From: Octopus bimaculoides
Taxonomy: Eukaryota
Assembly: GCF_001194135.2 (NCBI RefSeq)
Contig: NC_068984.1
Span: forward strand, 82,157,949-82,221,948
Reading direction: 5' to 3'
DNA: 64,000 nt
Below the pieces are notes generated by a model. The model did not search any database. It saw only the letters and a list, made by a program, of their open reading frames with translations, and was not told the DNA's origin. Numbering within the stretch: position 1 is the stretch's first letter; every line of letters starts with the position of its first letter. Positions 24,601 through 39,323 of the stretch are shown in pieces. The position numbers were made by a program, and so were the translations under genes.

Positions 24601-27600
24601 ACTTAGCCCGTCTGTAACTTTTTCACATGATTAGTTGAAGGAAAAAGCAAAGAGCTAGAGAAAAAGAGAGAGAAAAAGAGGGTAAGGCGAAAAGTGAGAG
24701 AAGAAGAGAGGGAAACAGAAAGCAACTAAATAATTAACTTGTAATAAAGGACCGTACGAACCAAAGGAGATGGCGACGAACAGGAGAAGGCTCCTTTTAA
24801 CGCATCGCACGGTCGAACACAAACATATTAATATGACATATGAAGGGCTTGCAATGAGATGATGCGAGCGAGTGCCAGCAAAGGAAAAGCAGTGTGACAG
24901 ACAACCGTTAGATATATATATAAAGAGAAGGTTTATTAGCATAGTGAACAGTCTGGCTGTGTGTGCGTGCATGTGGCAATATAAACAATACAATACATAA
25001 GACAGGCCTTCGTGTACAATAGTGTGTATACATAAAAGTATGTGTGTGTGTGAGTGAGAAATACAGAGCATAGAATAAGTGTCTGTAACAATGACTATAA
25101 GAGTCCTAAACACAGAGATAGAGAAATACCAGTTCATAGAAGAGTTACATATGGGATTGAATGTCTGTACAAGAAGTCGTGGCCGAAGAGCAGAGCTGTG
25201 GTGTCACATGTTGCGCGTGAAGTTGAGCGTCGATGCTGGAGAACGGTTGCTTGGTACAGAACATTCTCGCAGGTTGTTCTGGCTGTTAACTTCGTGGTGG
25301 AAACAATCCACTCAAACAGTGTTGAGATGAAACCGCGTTTGCTGTTGTTGGTGTGTACTCTGGTGGTGGTGTTGGCGACGGAACTGTAGTAGACAGTACA
25401 TTGGTGGTGATGACGTCGTCGCTGGAAACTGGCTGGAGCTGTGTTCTGTGTGTGTGGTCAGCGACTAGACCTGTGAGAGGTCTGGAGTCGAAACAAACTG
25501 ACGTGGTTCAAACAGGGCTATTTATAGATGAAAAAGGGCTCACCGGAAAAGCAGAAAAACTCTCTCTCATGCGACCTTATTAGAAGGCCACGATTGGACA
25601 GTATGCACCCTGGCGTAAAACAGAACTGGTGACAATTGCCACGCAAATAAGAACCAATCAGGGTGGTGGACACAAGGGGTCCAAGCGGCCGAAAGCTAGG
25701 TGTTAGCCGCTACGTTATCATTTGTAATTAAATACCGGAGAGAGAGGTTTCACTACAAACTAATTAAGTAAAGAAGCAAGCAACTAATTACTTAATTAAT
25801 TAATAAAACAATGATTTAGTTGATTGCTAATTAGTTAATTAGTTGCTTGCTAGATTAATTAATTAGTTAATTATTTGTTTGCTTACTTAATTAATTAATT
25901 AGTCACTTGCTTACTTAATTAGTTAATTGCTTGCTTGCTTAATTAGTTGCTTCCTTACTTAACTAATTAGTTAATGAATAATTTCCTTGCTTAATTCATT
26001 AGTATCTTGCTTGCTTAATTAAGTTGTAAATTAATAAGTTGCTTGCTTAATTAATTGGTTAATTAATAAGTTGCTTAATTGCTTAATCAATTAGTTAATT
26101 AACTGCTGGCTTAATAAGTTAATTAATTAGTTGCTTGTTTGATTAATTAGTTAATTTGTTGCTTGCTTAATAAATAAGTTAATTAGTTGCTTGCTTAATT
26201 AATTAGTTAATTGGTTGCTTGCTTAATTAGTTAATGAATTAGTTGTTTGCTTAATTAGTTAATGGATTAGTTGTTTGCTTAATTAGTTTATGAATTAGTT
26301 GCTTGCTTTTTTATATAAATAAATAATTTCTAATGACTTCACTCTGTTGTGAAGGCATTGATATGGTTATGAACTGCATTAATATTACCATTCTGAGAGA
26401 GCCAAGAAAATATCAAAGGTACTACCAATCCTACCAATCAGTCTCTGATTAACTATATGAAAGAAGTTTCTTTCCAATTTCTTGTGTTTCAGGCAACATT
26501 TCTTTTACATTCAAGAAGAAAACACTAAGACCTTCAAATGATCAAAAGAAGATTCAATAAGCTAGATGAATCTTGTATAGTAAAGAAGAGAATTATAAAA
26601 TTTAACATGAATGCATTTTTTTTTTCTGCAAAACCCCAGATTTTTCACACTAGCACAATGTGGTCTCTTCCAATCTCTTAGATACCATACTTCATTGGTC
26701 AACACGAAGTATGTAAGCTCTGCGATATGTCTTGCCCAGTGGAACTTGCGCTTTCAATACTCAATGGCAATAGTTGTAATAAATACCACAAGGCTTTCTA
26801 TGCAATGCCCTAACAATTCTACCAGTTTGTCACTTTTAATGGGGAAGGGGGGAGGTTTTGAGATCCATTCACTAATCTCAATCATTTGTTTTATTGGTTC
26901 TAATTTAAATGGATTCCATTCATTTCTAATGATTCATGATAGACACCACATAATTATGGTGTGGAATGTTTGTGGTACTGATTAAATAGGAATAGCTATG
27001 AGGAAGAGGTGGGCAGTACTGTTGATTTCATTCAACAGTAAATTTGAGCAGCACTACAAATTCCTGTGTAGTGGGTGAGATATTTTGAACACAATCTTAG
27101 CTATTTAAAAATCTCATTCCATGGATAGTAGCACTAATTTATTACTGATTTTGCTCATGAAAGAGCACTGGAGGCTAAGAAACCAGTTATTTGGCTTCTT
27201 AGCTCTTTATAATCAGAACTATGAAGAAAGGTATTCCAACTGTGACCATCTCATTTTTTTCTCAGGAACAGTATCTCTAGGATTATCTTATCCTTTATCT
27301 CCTCCTTTTTAAGTTGGTAAGGTGTGATGTGAGAAAGATTTCACTATTATTTCTTGCAGATTGAGGATCATACAGAAGTTCCAGTAAAAAAACATTATCT
27401 TGTCTGGTAGTAGGGAGTTGCATATCCCAAAGACATTTATATATTGCAACATGGACTGAATAACAGAGAATTAATTACTCTTGACATGACTACAGTGCTG
27501 GTGACAAGAAATACATTGCTAACCCTTTGTCTGGAAGACTAACAGCTGAATGACTTTGCCAGTTGTAGTTCATATCATTTTTAATAAATCCATTTAAAGG

Positions 27601-30600
27601 TTGTTTGTTTTTCACGTGCCACTGGCACATGTGCCGGTAAAGCGATGCTAGATTGTGAAAAATGGATTAGATAAGGTTACTGTGATTGATGACTAGTTTT
27701 ATCTGTTGTGGAATAACGTTTTGTGAGAATGTTATACTTTCATTAATCAATGATAGAGGGATAGTACCTATGGTCTTTGTTGGCCCTCCTCTTAAACTAA
27801 TGATATTAATGCTGTTTATAAATTTCTGTAGAGTGATAACTTTAGTAAAATGAATCAGTACAAAGAAAATTTCAGAGAATGGTAATTTTTAGGAAGAATT
27901 GGCAAAATATAAGCAGGGAGGATACTGAGTAAGGTGATGAGAAAAGAAGAGAGAAGTGCATTTGAGTGGAGATATGCAGATTTCTAGTTAAGGGATGCAG
28001 AAGCTGTGATAGTAGAAGAAACAAAGAGAAAACAGTACATCTGTAGTAGTTGTAATATATCTGAGTGATGATAAAGGTTTAGAAACAGACAAGCCTCAGG
28101 TAAAAGAACTGGACAGAGTATAATCTAAAATATGAAATAGCCTGACCAAAGAGAGATTTGTATGACGAGTATGTACATTGTAGCAGTAGAGGGAAAGTCT
28201 AGAAGAACAGAAGATGTAACTCGTTAGTGGAAGCAATTAACAATAGCAGAGTAAATAAGGTGGCAGTCTTTCTTCTACTTGCATCCCAACTTTTGATCCT
28301 AAGCTGTGCCTTGGATAAGATACTAAACATGCACTTACTTTATTTACCTGGCAACAAAAAAAGGCAAAAATAGAGAATGAGAAGAGCAGGGGAATGTGTG
28401 TGGCATACTGTGGAATGGAAATTGATTATGGAGAGGGTGGAATATGTATGTTTTTCTATAGTGCCATGATTAAATCTTTTCACCTGTAAAATAAATGAGT
28501 GGAGGCAGAAAGAATGAATGACGTATAAAGAGCTAAGAAAGAATTTTTAAAACTCGTATTGTCGTTGTTGTTGATAATGCTTAGCCCCATATTTTTAGCC
28601 CTGATTGAGCAGGCTTATGATCAAAAGCGTTTCAACTATGACAATCCCATTTTTTTGTATATCTAGAATTCCATGTTGCAATGTCTCCTTTCATTTTCAA
28701 AACTGTAGGGTGTAATTTGAGGAAGAGTTAGGTGTTGTTTCTTGCATGTTGAGCGACCAGAAAGAGGACTTATTAGTTCATTGCTGTTATTAACTTATAA
28801 ATAGTTGAGAACTAAAATACTCATTATCAATGAATATTTTGCTTTAACAATCATAACTAAGGGTGTGTGGCAGAAAAATCTTCTGCTAATGGTAAAATTC
28901 ATTGCATTCTTAATGCTTTAACTGTCAGTGAAGACTTCTGATAACCATCAAATATCCATAAGAAATGAAGAGAAATGTTGAACTCACCATCCCATATGTA
29001 CCCCACAGGTTGGACAGATTACAATTGACCAACTAAAGCCAGGAAACCAGGTGTCTTCTTTATGTGGCTGTTAGAATAGAATGATATTGGATAGGTTATT
29101 TTCAAAGTTTCAGTTTAAAAAGAGAGAACAATTGGGAGAGAGACAAAATACTAAAACACATGCATGACCATAGACATACACACACAAACACAGATCCACT
29201 GACAATCACACATACAGCTACATAGATGCAAATATATCAGTCACAGGCATACATATACACAGTGGTACAATCACACATACAAACATGTATGTATGGATAC
29301 ACACACACACACAAATGCACATCTACATATCTGTACTCAAATATATTAGTGTGGGGAAACATAACTAGAAGGTTGATAAAATGTTTTCCGGCAAACATTA
29401 TATTGCCAATTATGGATGTAAAGAACGTTTTTAAAAACATCTAAAAAATACATTACTGTACTTAGTTACTCAGTAACACCATGTGCATGAGAAACAATAG
29501 CTTGTGTTCACATACTTGATGTTCACTACATTAGCAATGACAAGACTATTGTTTTCATGTAGATAGCATATCTGACTAATTAATTTATTTTTCTTTTGGT
29601 AATGGATCTTATTAGATACGCTAATTTTTCATGTCTATAATTGAAACATGTTTCTTTTACATCTACTTAGCAATTCTCTCAGCACTATTTTGGCAAATAG
29701 TGTGAAATCTATGTGAAGACTGAAAAGGTCTAATAAGACTAAGACCTGTCTGTCTTTTATTGTCTACTATACTAACCAAAACCATTAAAATAATAGTCAC
29801 TGAGTTAATACTGACTTTTCATCACCATTGTAAGTATTGGATCATCACATAAATAATGCGGTTTTTTTCAATTGCATGAACTAAAAGTCAGAGAGGGACG
29901 GAATAAACTACCTGCATCAACTTGCTATAAAAGCAGGTAGTAATTTTACCTTGACTTATTCTTAGTGCAAGTTTTGAGGAGTGCAGTTTGATTTTAACAG
30001 TTATTTTTTTTAAACTATAATGGAAGTGAAAAAGGAGCATATTCGACATATTTTGTAATATGAGTTCAATAAAGGCAACAATGCAATGGAAAGTGCGAGG
30101 AATATTAATGCAGTATATAGGGATTGGACATTAAGCATAAGTCAGTGTCAACGGTGGTTCCAGAAGTTCCAAGCTGGGAACTACAGCCTAGAAGACAAGC
30201 CTCATCTTGGAAGATCTGTAGAGCTCAACGATTATGTCCTACAAACCCTAATGGAACAAACTCCCATTGTAACTGTTGAGGAACTAGTAGAGAAGCTTGG
30301 ATTTGGTCATTCAACCAGTCATTCAAGTCAGTGCAAGAAGAAAAACGACCATCATTGGTTTCTAGACAAAAGGTGTTCTTTCATCAGGATAGTGCTCGGT
30401 CACATACAATGAAGATGATATTCCAAAGGCTGGAGCAGTTTAAATGGAAAACAATGCCTCGCCCACCATATTCGCTGAACATTGCCCCATCTGATTATGA
30501 TTTATTCCGCAGTCTTCAAAATCATTTGGAAGGAAAAAATATGGATTCTGTAGATGAGGTCAGAAGAGTACTGGGGAAGTATTTTTCATCATAGACAAGT

Positions 30601-33600
30601 GAATTTTGGAAGAGGGGCCTTGCAAGTTTACCAGATAGATGGAAGAGCATTGTAGAAAATGGAGGAGAGTATAATTTAGATTAAAAAAGAACTTTGTTTA
30701 TCAAAATTTTGAAAAATAAAAGAAGTATAAAAAAATCTGTATTATTTATGGGATGACCCAATATTTCTAATTGTATTATTGAAACTCAGTCACTGAATCT
30801 GTTAATACTAACTTAACTGTAAATGATACTGCTGATTCAAAATATTCAACATCAGAGACTAAAATTTTATCTGTTAAATCTCCACTTGATTTAATTGTAA
30901 ATAAATATTATATTGAATATATGGCAGAGTAGATTCATTAAGCTGAGTCATCCTTCTTGTCATCACAATGATTATTATTGTGGTCATGGTTGTTGTTGTT
31001 TCAACTAGGGTCTGCCTTTTCCCACTAGACCTAAGATCAAAAACATTCCAGTTATGGCTGTTTAGCTTCATTATACCATTGACCCCATAGGTTGAAAGAA
31101 ATTGCTTCTTTTTGATATCGTCAACACTTCACACAAGAGTTTTGCGTTGTATTAGCCAGGCATTGGCTTCTTCCAAGTTAAGGTTCAAACATTGTCCAGT
31201 GTTCATCCTCATCCCCAACTGTTATATAAGACTTTCAGAAAAACTTTAAAGAGACTTATTAAGGTAGATTATATAGGTTTCAAATCAAGAGGATTTGTGT
31301 CATATAGTTTATAGACAGTTCTGTGCTTGTTTACAGGTAACACCTTCCTTCGTTAGCTGCATGTCAGTCCCTTCTCCTTCTGGATCTCTGTGCATAACCA
31401 CAAGACTTAATTGGGAGTTTGATATTCATTGGATAACATTAAGAATGCATAACTCAAATTTAATACGTGGCACAACATTAATATGACAAATAATAAAGAA
31501 CAATTTACAGATACAAATCAGTAATTTAAGGCAATCATCACAGTGGTCACATTGTCTTTTTCTTTCCTACCCCATGCAGTATAATGTACTCAAGATTACA
31601 ATCTTCAATGATGTTCCTTTTTTAAGAAAGTAGCAAGAGATTTGGCTGTTATTTCTAACAGATTGAGGGACTATGTAGCAGCTTCCTTTCAACTCTACTT
31701 TCAGTATCAACTCTCCTCCCATTGGTAAATGTTCCATTGTTATTCTTAAACTTGCTTTAAAATAATAACCACAACACATACACACACAGAAGCAGCAGCT
31801 TTACAGACCTTAGATGGTATGGTTACATTCTGAAACTGCCTTATTCTCAATATTAGCCATATAGAAATTTGCATGTATAGGTCAGAAGAGAGAACTCAAA
31901 GCTCCTCTGTTCTTGTAAGTATAAAGATTGCCTGTGAGCAATGAAAGGTAACAACAGTCATGTAAGCCAACAGTAGATTTCTTAGTATGTTTCTTGGCAT
32001 ACATACAACATCACTAAACAATTACGCACAATCAACCAATAAAGTACATCAAAAAGACATAACCTATGTTTTACAATTTTTAGAAACTTTACTAAAAACT
32101 GATAAAGTTGGCAACATTTCCACTATGGTTATAAAAAGATTCGTTATCAATGTCCTAATAAAAGAGATAATAAAATTATATAACATAATGTGCACAAACA
32201 TCAAGCAATAGAAACACCTAATATGCTAATGTAACCATATCAGCTGTACCGCGTGTGCATGTGTGTGTGTCATGTGTACTCTAGTTTTAGTAGAAAGAGC
32301 ATTCATATCCCATAGGCAATATTGACATTTTTCTGATTTATATATTTAATATATGTAATACCATATTTTGATACTCCATTGACCTCAGATCTCTGCAAGT
32401 AGGTTACTGGTATATATAATCTTAGCTACTTAGGTTAGCCTTCAAATCTGAATGGTCACAGTTGTGAAGTCACTCTGTTGTAGTGGTTAGCACAGTTATT
32501 CAGTTTATAGAAGAGTGACATGAATCTCATAGGTGATGTTACAACTTTTCTCTAACTTATATATATTTGTGTGTGTGTGTGTGTGTGTGTTCTTGTGCAT
32601 ACAGGTATATTATATATATATGCATGTGTATCATATATATACAGGCATACCTCACCCTACATCGTTAATTGGTTCCAGGAGACACAACTTAGGTAAAAAA
32701 AAGACATAAGTTGTCTCTAGTCTAGGCTAGGCCAAATTTACTTGTCTCTAGGCTAAATCGATAATAACCATTCCCATTCTGTACCTTATTTATGAATGCA
32801 TTTTCAATAATACATGGTTAATAAAAATCTATTTTAAGCTTACAAACAAATAATTTTTATTTTTTAATACAGTAAAAAAGAAAGTAATCTAAATTTATGA
32901 ATACAATTTGGTGATGTTTACCATTCATCACAGACACTTTATTTATGAATGTGGTTTACAATAAGGCATGGTAAAAAAGCTTAAAAAACAAATTTTTATT
33001 ATTTTGAAATAGTAAAAAAAACTAAATTATTTAAAATTTACCAATACATACATAAAATTTGGTGGTTTACATCGTGGATGTAGATGGCTGTGGATCATCA
33101 ACATCAACAGCTGATTCTGGCTGTTCTTGTTCAATGCGCTTAAAAAACTGGTTGAGAGTTCTTGAAACTGTCATTTTCTCTTTCTCAAGGATTACATTAT
33201 AAGGAGCAAAAACTTTGTGACAAGCCCCCATAATCTTGGAAAAGCGTTGAGCATTTGAATCCATATCCTCGAACATAGAAAGATTTTTTTTGATATATGC
33301 AAATGCTTGCTGCATTTTCTTAATAGTAAAGTGACATGGCTCATGTTTGACTTCCTCTTTTTCTTTATTTTGCTGCTCGTGAAGCTCTATCAAATCCTCA
33401 TTCATCAGGAGCTGTTTATCTTTTTCAAATAAATCTGTGAAATACCCCTCCTCCAAATCCTTTTCCAGTTCTTTGCTTTTAGTCACCAACGTTTTGTTGA
33501 TGGCAACATCATCAAATCCCTTAAAATCATTCACAAATTGCAGGCATCGCTTCTTCCATACACCATTCATAGCCATGCCGCTGCTATGTTCTGTACAGCC

Positions 33601-34524
33601 TTGTAGGTATTGTATCTCTTCCAAAAGTCATGAAGTGTGATGGACTCATCAAGATCAGTTGCAGCTATTGCTTGCCGCAGTGTATGCTTCATATAATAAT
33701 ACTTGAAGATAGCAATTATTCCCTGATCCAGTGGCTGCAGAAGAGCCATGGGGTTTTGGAGAGAAGTATACAACAGTAACATTGCTGTCAAAATCTACGA
33801 TGTTTTGCAGATGGCCAGGAGCATTATCTAAGATAAGTAAAACCTTAAAAGGAATCCCCTTCTTCTTACAGTACTTCTCTGCTGCTGGGTTAAAATGATA
33901 GAAGATCTAACCTTCAAAAATAACAACAGTAACCCATGCTTTTGAATTAGCCATCCATATAACAGGGAGAGATGCCTTGGGTATGTTCTTCAGGGCACGG
34001 GGGTTGTATACATGATACACAGTCTATGGCTTTAACTTAAAATCTCTTGTACAATTACCTCCCAACATAATGGTCACACATTCTTTTGAGACCTAGTAGC
34101 CTGGAATAGTTTTCTCCTCCTTGGAAATTTTTTCCAATACAATCCAATTTTGTCTACATTGAAAATCTGTTCAGGAAGAAACCCATTTTCTTCAATGATT
34201 TTTTTTTTTAATGTATTAGGAAATTCCACTGCTGCTTGTTCATCAGCTGAGGCACTTTCACCTTGCTTCTTAATGGAGTGATAACTTCTTTGCTCCTTAA
34301 ATCTCATGAACCATCCTTGACTTGCCTTGAACTCTACATCTTTCTCATCTGGATATTTTTTCTTCAGGTCCTCAAACAAAGACAACACTATCTTTTGAAT
34401 TAGGAAGGGCGTCCAGCTGTAGAAACTCTGCCAGATCAGATTGGAGCCTGGTGTAGCCATCTGGTTTGCCAGTCCTCAGTCAAAATCGTCCAACCCATGC
34501 TAGCATGGAAAGCGGACATTAAAC

Positions 34525-34555
<31 letters not shown>

Positions 34556-35256
34556 CATTGTACAGTAACAAGATTTTATGTGCTTTTAATAGTTTTCTAG
34601 TGATTTTATGATTCCAATATTTGTGGTGGACAGATGTAATGTCGAATAAAATGACTTGATTTTATTTTTATTTTTCCATGTTATTTTTGAAAACTGACGT
34701 ATAATCAAGAACAACTTAAATCGAAACAACTTAAGCCGAAGTATGCCTGTAATACTGTATGTATATCAGTTTTTAATATAGGTGCACTGTATCACAGTAT
34801 GTGGTAAGAGGCAACTACAAAGGACGGTTGGCATCAGAAAGGGTACCTTATCATAAAACACTATCTCAAAAAGTCCCATCTAGCCCATATCAAAATGGAA
34901 AAGAGGATGTAAAAGCAATGGTGATGATGGTGATAATTTTATATATAAGTGGGTGCTTCCACATGTCTCATGAGATGCAATCTGCACTAAGAAACTTCCT
35001 CTCTAAGATGCAGTGCTGGGCAAGGTATTTTTTTTTATTTTTTAATTGATGACCAGCAGTTAGCTACCTGTGCAACTCTCCTCTCTATACACTAAATTGT
35101 TGTCCAAGAGAAAAGCAAGGGCAAATACAGCTTGGCACAAGTATTGATGCAGGCTGCCGTCAGAATGTAAAGAGCTAGAATAAATATAGCGGGCTATTCT
35201 ATCCAATTCTCAAACAATTCTACCAATTTACTGCATAATACATATATTCTTTTATA

Positions 35257-35289
<33 letters not shown>

Positions 35290-35308
35290 TTATGTATGTA
35301 TGTATGTA

Positions 35309-35365
<57 letters not shown>

Positions 35366-38300
35366 TTTTGAATATATGTGTGAATGTGTATAGAATAATA
35401 TATCAGTTGAATAAAGTTAAAACATGGTCTGGTTTTTATGTTTTTTATTATGGTATATTATGGTATTTTAACATTAAAAAAATATTTTGTAATGCTCATA
35501 AAGTCAAATTAGCGCTTTCATACATAGTGTAATCATCAAATTTCAAATGTATATATATATACATACACTAGTAGAATAAAATGTGAATTAGTTTAAGTTT
35601 TTTTTTATTATAACATCATAAATTATGTAATCTTTATGCTTGCTTTACTAGCAAATACGAGTATGTTATGAGGTAATCATTATATAGGCATTGAAACACC
35701 AGATCTTCAGAAGAAAATAGTTATTCATTATTATTTAACATCATCAATTGATTGGGAGACAGACCAGCATCCTATCCAGGAGGGGAACCTATACACCAAT
35801 GAAACCGGGAAACCAGCCCTTATGAGTCAGGCATGGCTCAAGAAGGAACAAACAACAACAACAATTGATTGACAGTGCTAGGTAGAACTGTTTACAAACA
35901 TAAGAGAACAATCATTTTATAACTGTTAAGAATAAGAAAGTTATTTATTTTATCAGTAAAATAAAGAGAGAAAGAAAGAAAAGGAATACTGTAGTCATGA
36001 TGTTCAAGGAAGAAGGGAAGGTCAACTCCCTAAGATGTCATAGATCAAAGGAAATTCTAAGTTAACAATGATAAATGGTTTAGATGGCATTAGTGATGAC
36101 AGCAGTTAGGAACTTGGATATTGAAAAGCAGGCAAAAGTACCTACATATTCAAGCTCACACAAACTGATATACATAGATATACAGCTGTTCCTCGCAACT
36201 TTTTATGTCCTCTCTCATATAGCACAAATCATCATCACACCCAGTGTAGGCAAAGCAAAATCTATAAATATGTTCAATAGAATATTATAGCAAAGAAACA
36301 AAATTGTTAACACACTGGTAATTTAATACACATGCACATTAGATACTGCCATCACTGCATCTATAAAACAAGAAGAAATTTATAAGGGATACTGATATTT
36401 AAAAAGACTTGAAGTGTTAATATTTGAGGCACAAATTTTATAACTAAAAATACTTAAATTCAAAGTACAGAGCTGACATCCAGCTTATCCTCATGGGAGA
36501 GTGGAGAATACACTCCTAACATGATAACTACTACATGCAACATAAAATGAAAAATATGGAAGCAAAAAAAGTAAGTTAATAATAATTGATGAAAAAAATA
36601 TCTATCTAATCCTTTTAGCATTCAGAGTACCTAAATCAAATAATTATAAAAATGCTTTTGTTCAAACAAGTCATATTTTAAATCAAACCTTTAGTACTGT
36701 GAGTGCTGAAGTATTAGAAGAGAAATTTTTGGAGTAGCAAAGTAAAACTTACCTTATCAGCTTTTAAAACTTCTGCTTTTGAAAATGTTATCACTTCAAA
36801 GTATTTTCCTTAACAGAAAAGTCATAAAAGAGAATGAAAAAAAAAAAAGGTAACATGTAAAAAAACCAATTGCTTAAATTGTTAAAAAACCTAAAATGGC
36901 AGAAATTGTTTAAATAGTTCCATAACTTCTACATATTTTGTGTAAAAACAGTACAGAGTACAAGTTCTAAAATTATTCTTATTGTTTATATGATCATTCC
37001 CTGTTTAGTCAAATGTTGTTGTTTTTTATCCAGCCTCATACCCATTATGATTGAATTGAAGAGTTAAAGAATTTCCTACCATGCCAATTCAGGTTTTTTT
37101 CTTTCTTTTAGTTGGCTGTGTGGTGAAGAAGCTCGCTTTGCAACCATGTGGCTTTGGGTTCAGGTCAACATAATTGTTTCGTTAATCCAGTAACAACAAT
37201 ACAAAGTATGTAGCCCTTAAAATGGTTTTTGTGCATTTATTGAGAATACCGAACTGTCTTACACAGGATCTTGTTTTTAGGAATTCCCAATAAATTATGA
37301 ATACCCAAACTGTGAAGTCAGTTATGTAATAACATGAAATTAATTACCCAATAGTTACCTGGCTGGAGAGAGAGATCCGGAATGAAGACAGAGACAAGTG
37401 CGCTACTGCAAAACAAATACATGGTTACCCAACCTGAGGTAAGTGCAGGAGGAGAGAGAGAGAGTGGGAGACAACAGGATAGAGATGGTGGCAAAATGCC
37501 AGGCATACTCATAAGGAACAGGGACCAGAATATAAATGGGATGATTGAATAAAGGAACAGAGAGATATAGATGGTGGAAAAAAGACAATATGAATGCCTT
37601 TAATCATAGGTTTGCATGATCATAACTTTCTTTTTGTTAATGACTTAGAGGAAGAACAATGGCTACAGCCCCTTTTAGGGTCCCAAAGACTGGTGGCAAA
37701 AAAGGAACTTATCTTAAGACTAGAAACCTAGCTCAAATGTTTACAACAGAGTAGACTGTTGGAGATACACAAGAACTAGGTGGAGGCATTAAACTGAACA
37801 AGATAAAATCTACCATCCAACAGGAATGGCCCTCTTTAACAGGTTCTCACAGCTTCTATCTATTAAATTTTACTCACAAGGTATTGAGTCAACTCGAGGC
37901 TATCTGAATACCTTATCCAACTGACTATTAAATGACCTACAATGTTCAAAATAAAATTTACAAATGCATCTCTCATTGTAAAATCTCACCAGTGCAAACA
38001 TAATGGATGCAGAGTGTCCAACTGAAATAATCTTAAGGGACCATAGTTAATTCGATACTGACCTGCTATTGCAGCTGATATAATTGATTTGTGTTTTTAC
38101 TACTGTTGATATTATTGCATTTTCAAATTTCCCAAACCACATTACTTATCTTCTCAGACAACAGAAGCCATCACTATTAATCTTTGCAATACTGCTGGTA
38201 ATGTAAAGGTTACATCTTTCTACTAGAATTGAACATTTTCAGCAAAATAAAACTGGATGGAAAATGATGAAAATTGATCTTTATTTTAAATACCGAACCA

Positions 38301-39266
38301 GCAAGAATTAGAAGTCAATGGGCTTGCAATTTAGATATTGATTTAAGATATTAGAATTGGTAGAGCATCTGATGAAATATTTTGTAATATTTAATCATTC
38401 CTCTTTACATTCTTAGTTCAAATGTTCAGATTTTGCCAAGGTCAACTATGCCTTTCATCTTGGCATGGTCAACAAGAAAATTGCAGCAAAGCTGCATGAT
38501 CGTAGTGTCAGACGTGGCATGTAGGCCATCATATAACTTGTTTTATTTTCTTTACCATTTTATTTTGACATGCATATGGTGTTTTTGTTCTCTTCCATTT
38601 TACGAATTCAGTGTGCACATGTGCATTGCATGCTCATACTTCTTTTTCCAGTTCCTACAACAACTGTTTATAGATCACAACCATCACATAAACGTGCGTT
38701 CGTGAGGAAAGCTTCGCACTCCAATAGTTGTGAAATAAATAAAGTACTAGTCAAGCACTGAGGTTGAGATGTAATTCACTCTACATACAACATTTGTGGC
38801 CTTGTGCTTATGTTAGAATACAATATTTTATCAAAGTGATGTGATAGTAAAATATGCATCAAGCAACAATAATACAAGAACAGCTCTATAACTATATAGT
38901 CACTTAATTCAGGATCAGACCAACTGAAAAGTTGGATACATTGGTTCACAGTGATGAAAAACTCATTACTGGAGAGTGATGTTTCTGACTGAAAGAGAGA
39001 GGGGGGGATGAGACAGTAAATATAATAAAAAATAAGAGCAGATAGAAAAGAGACGCTAGTAAAGAATAAGAGTGAAGGATGACAAGGTTGTATGTGTTGG
39101 AAAGCGTTTAAAGGGAGGATATAATTGAGAAAGTCTATTTGAAAAATGGTGAATGAAAGGGATAAATAATCACGAGATAGGGGAGATAACTACGAAACTG
39201 ACAATTTGAGAGCTGAAATGCAAGGTGACAAATTTGAAAAGCGAAGGAGAACTTGGGAGTCAGAAG

Positions 39267-39323
<57 letters not shown>

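Noticed and set aside
25200-25402. Selenocysteine readthrough or antizyme-like frameshift joining the small ORFs of the nested island
   Set aside because: No UCC-UGA shift site, no SECIS that I could identify, and the fused peptide resembles nothing I recognise.
38417-38524. Plus-strand exon-like ORF FKCSDFAKVNYAFHLGMVNKK...
   Set aside because: Its reverse complement (gatgaaaggcatagttgaccttggcaaaatctgaac) is a SINE family A remnant.
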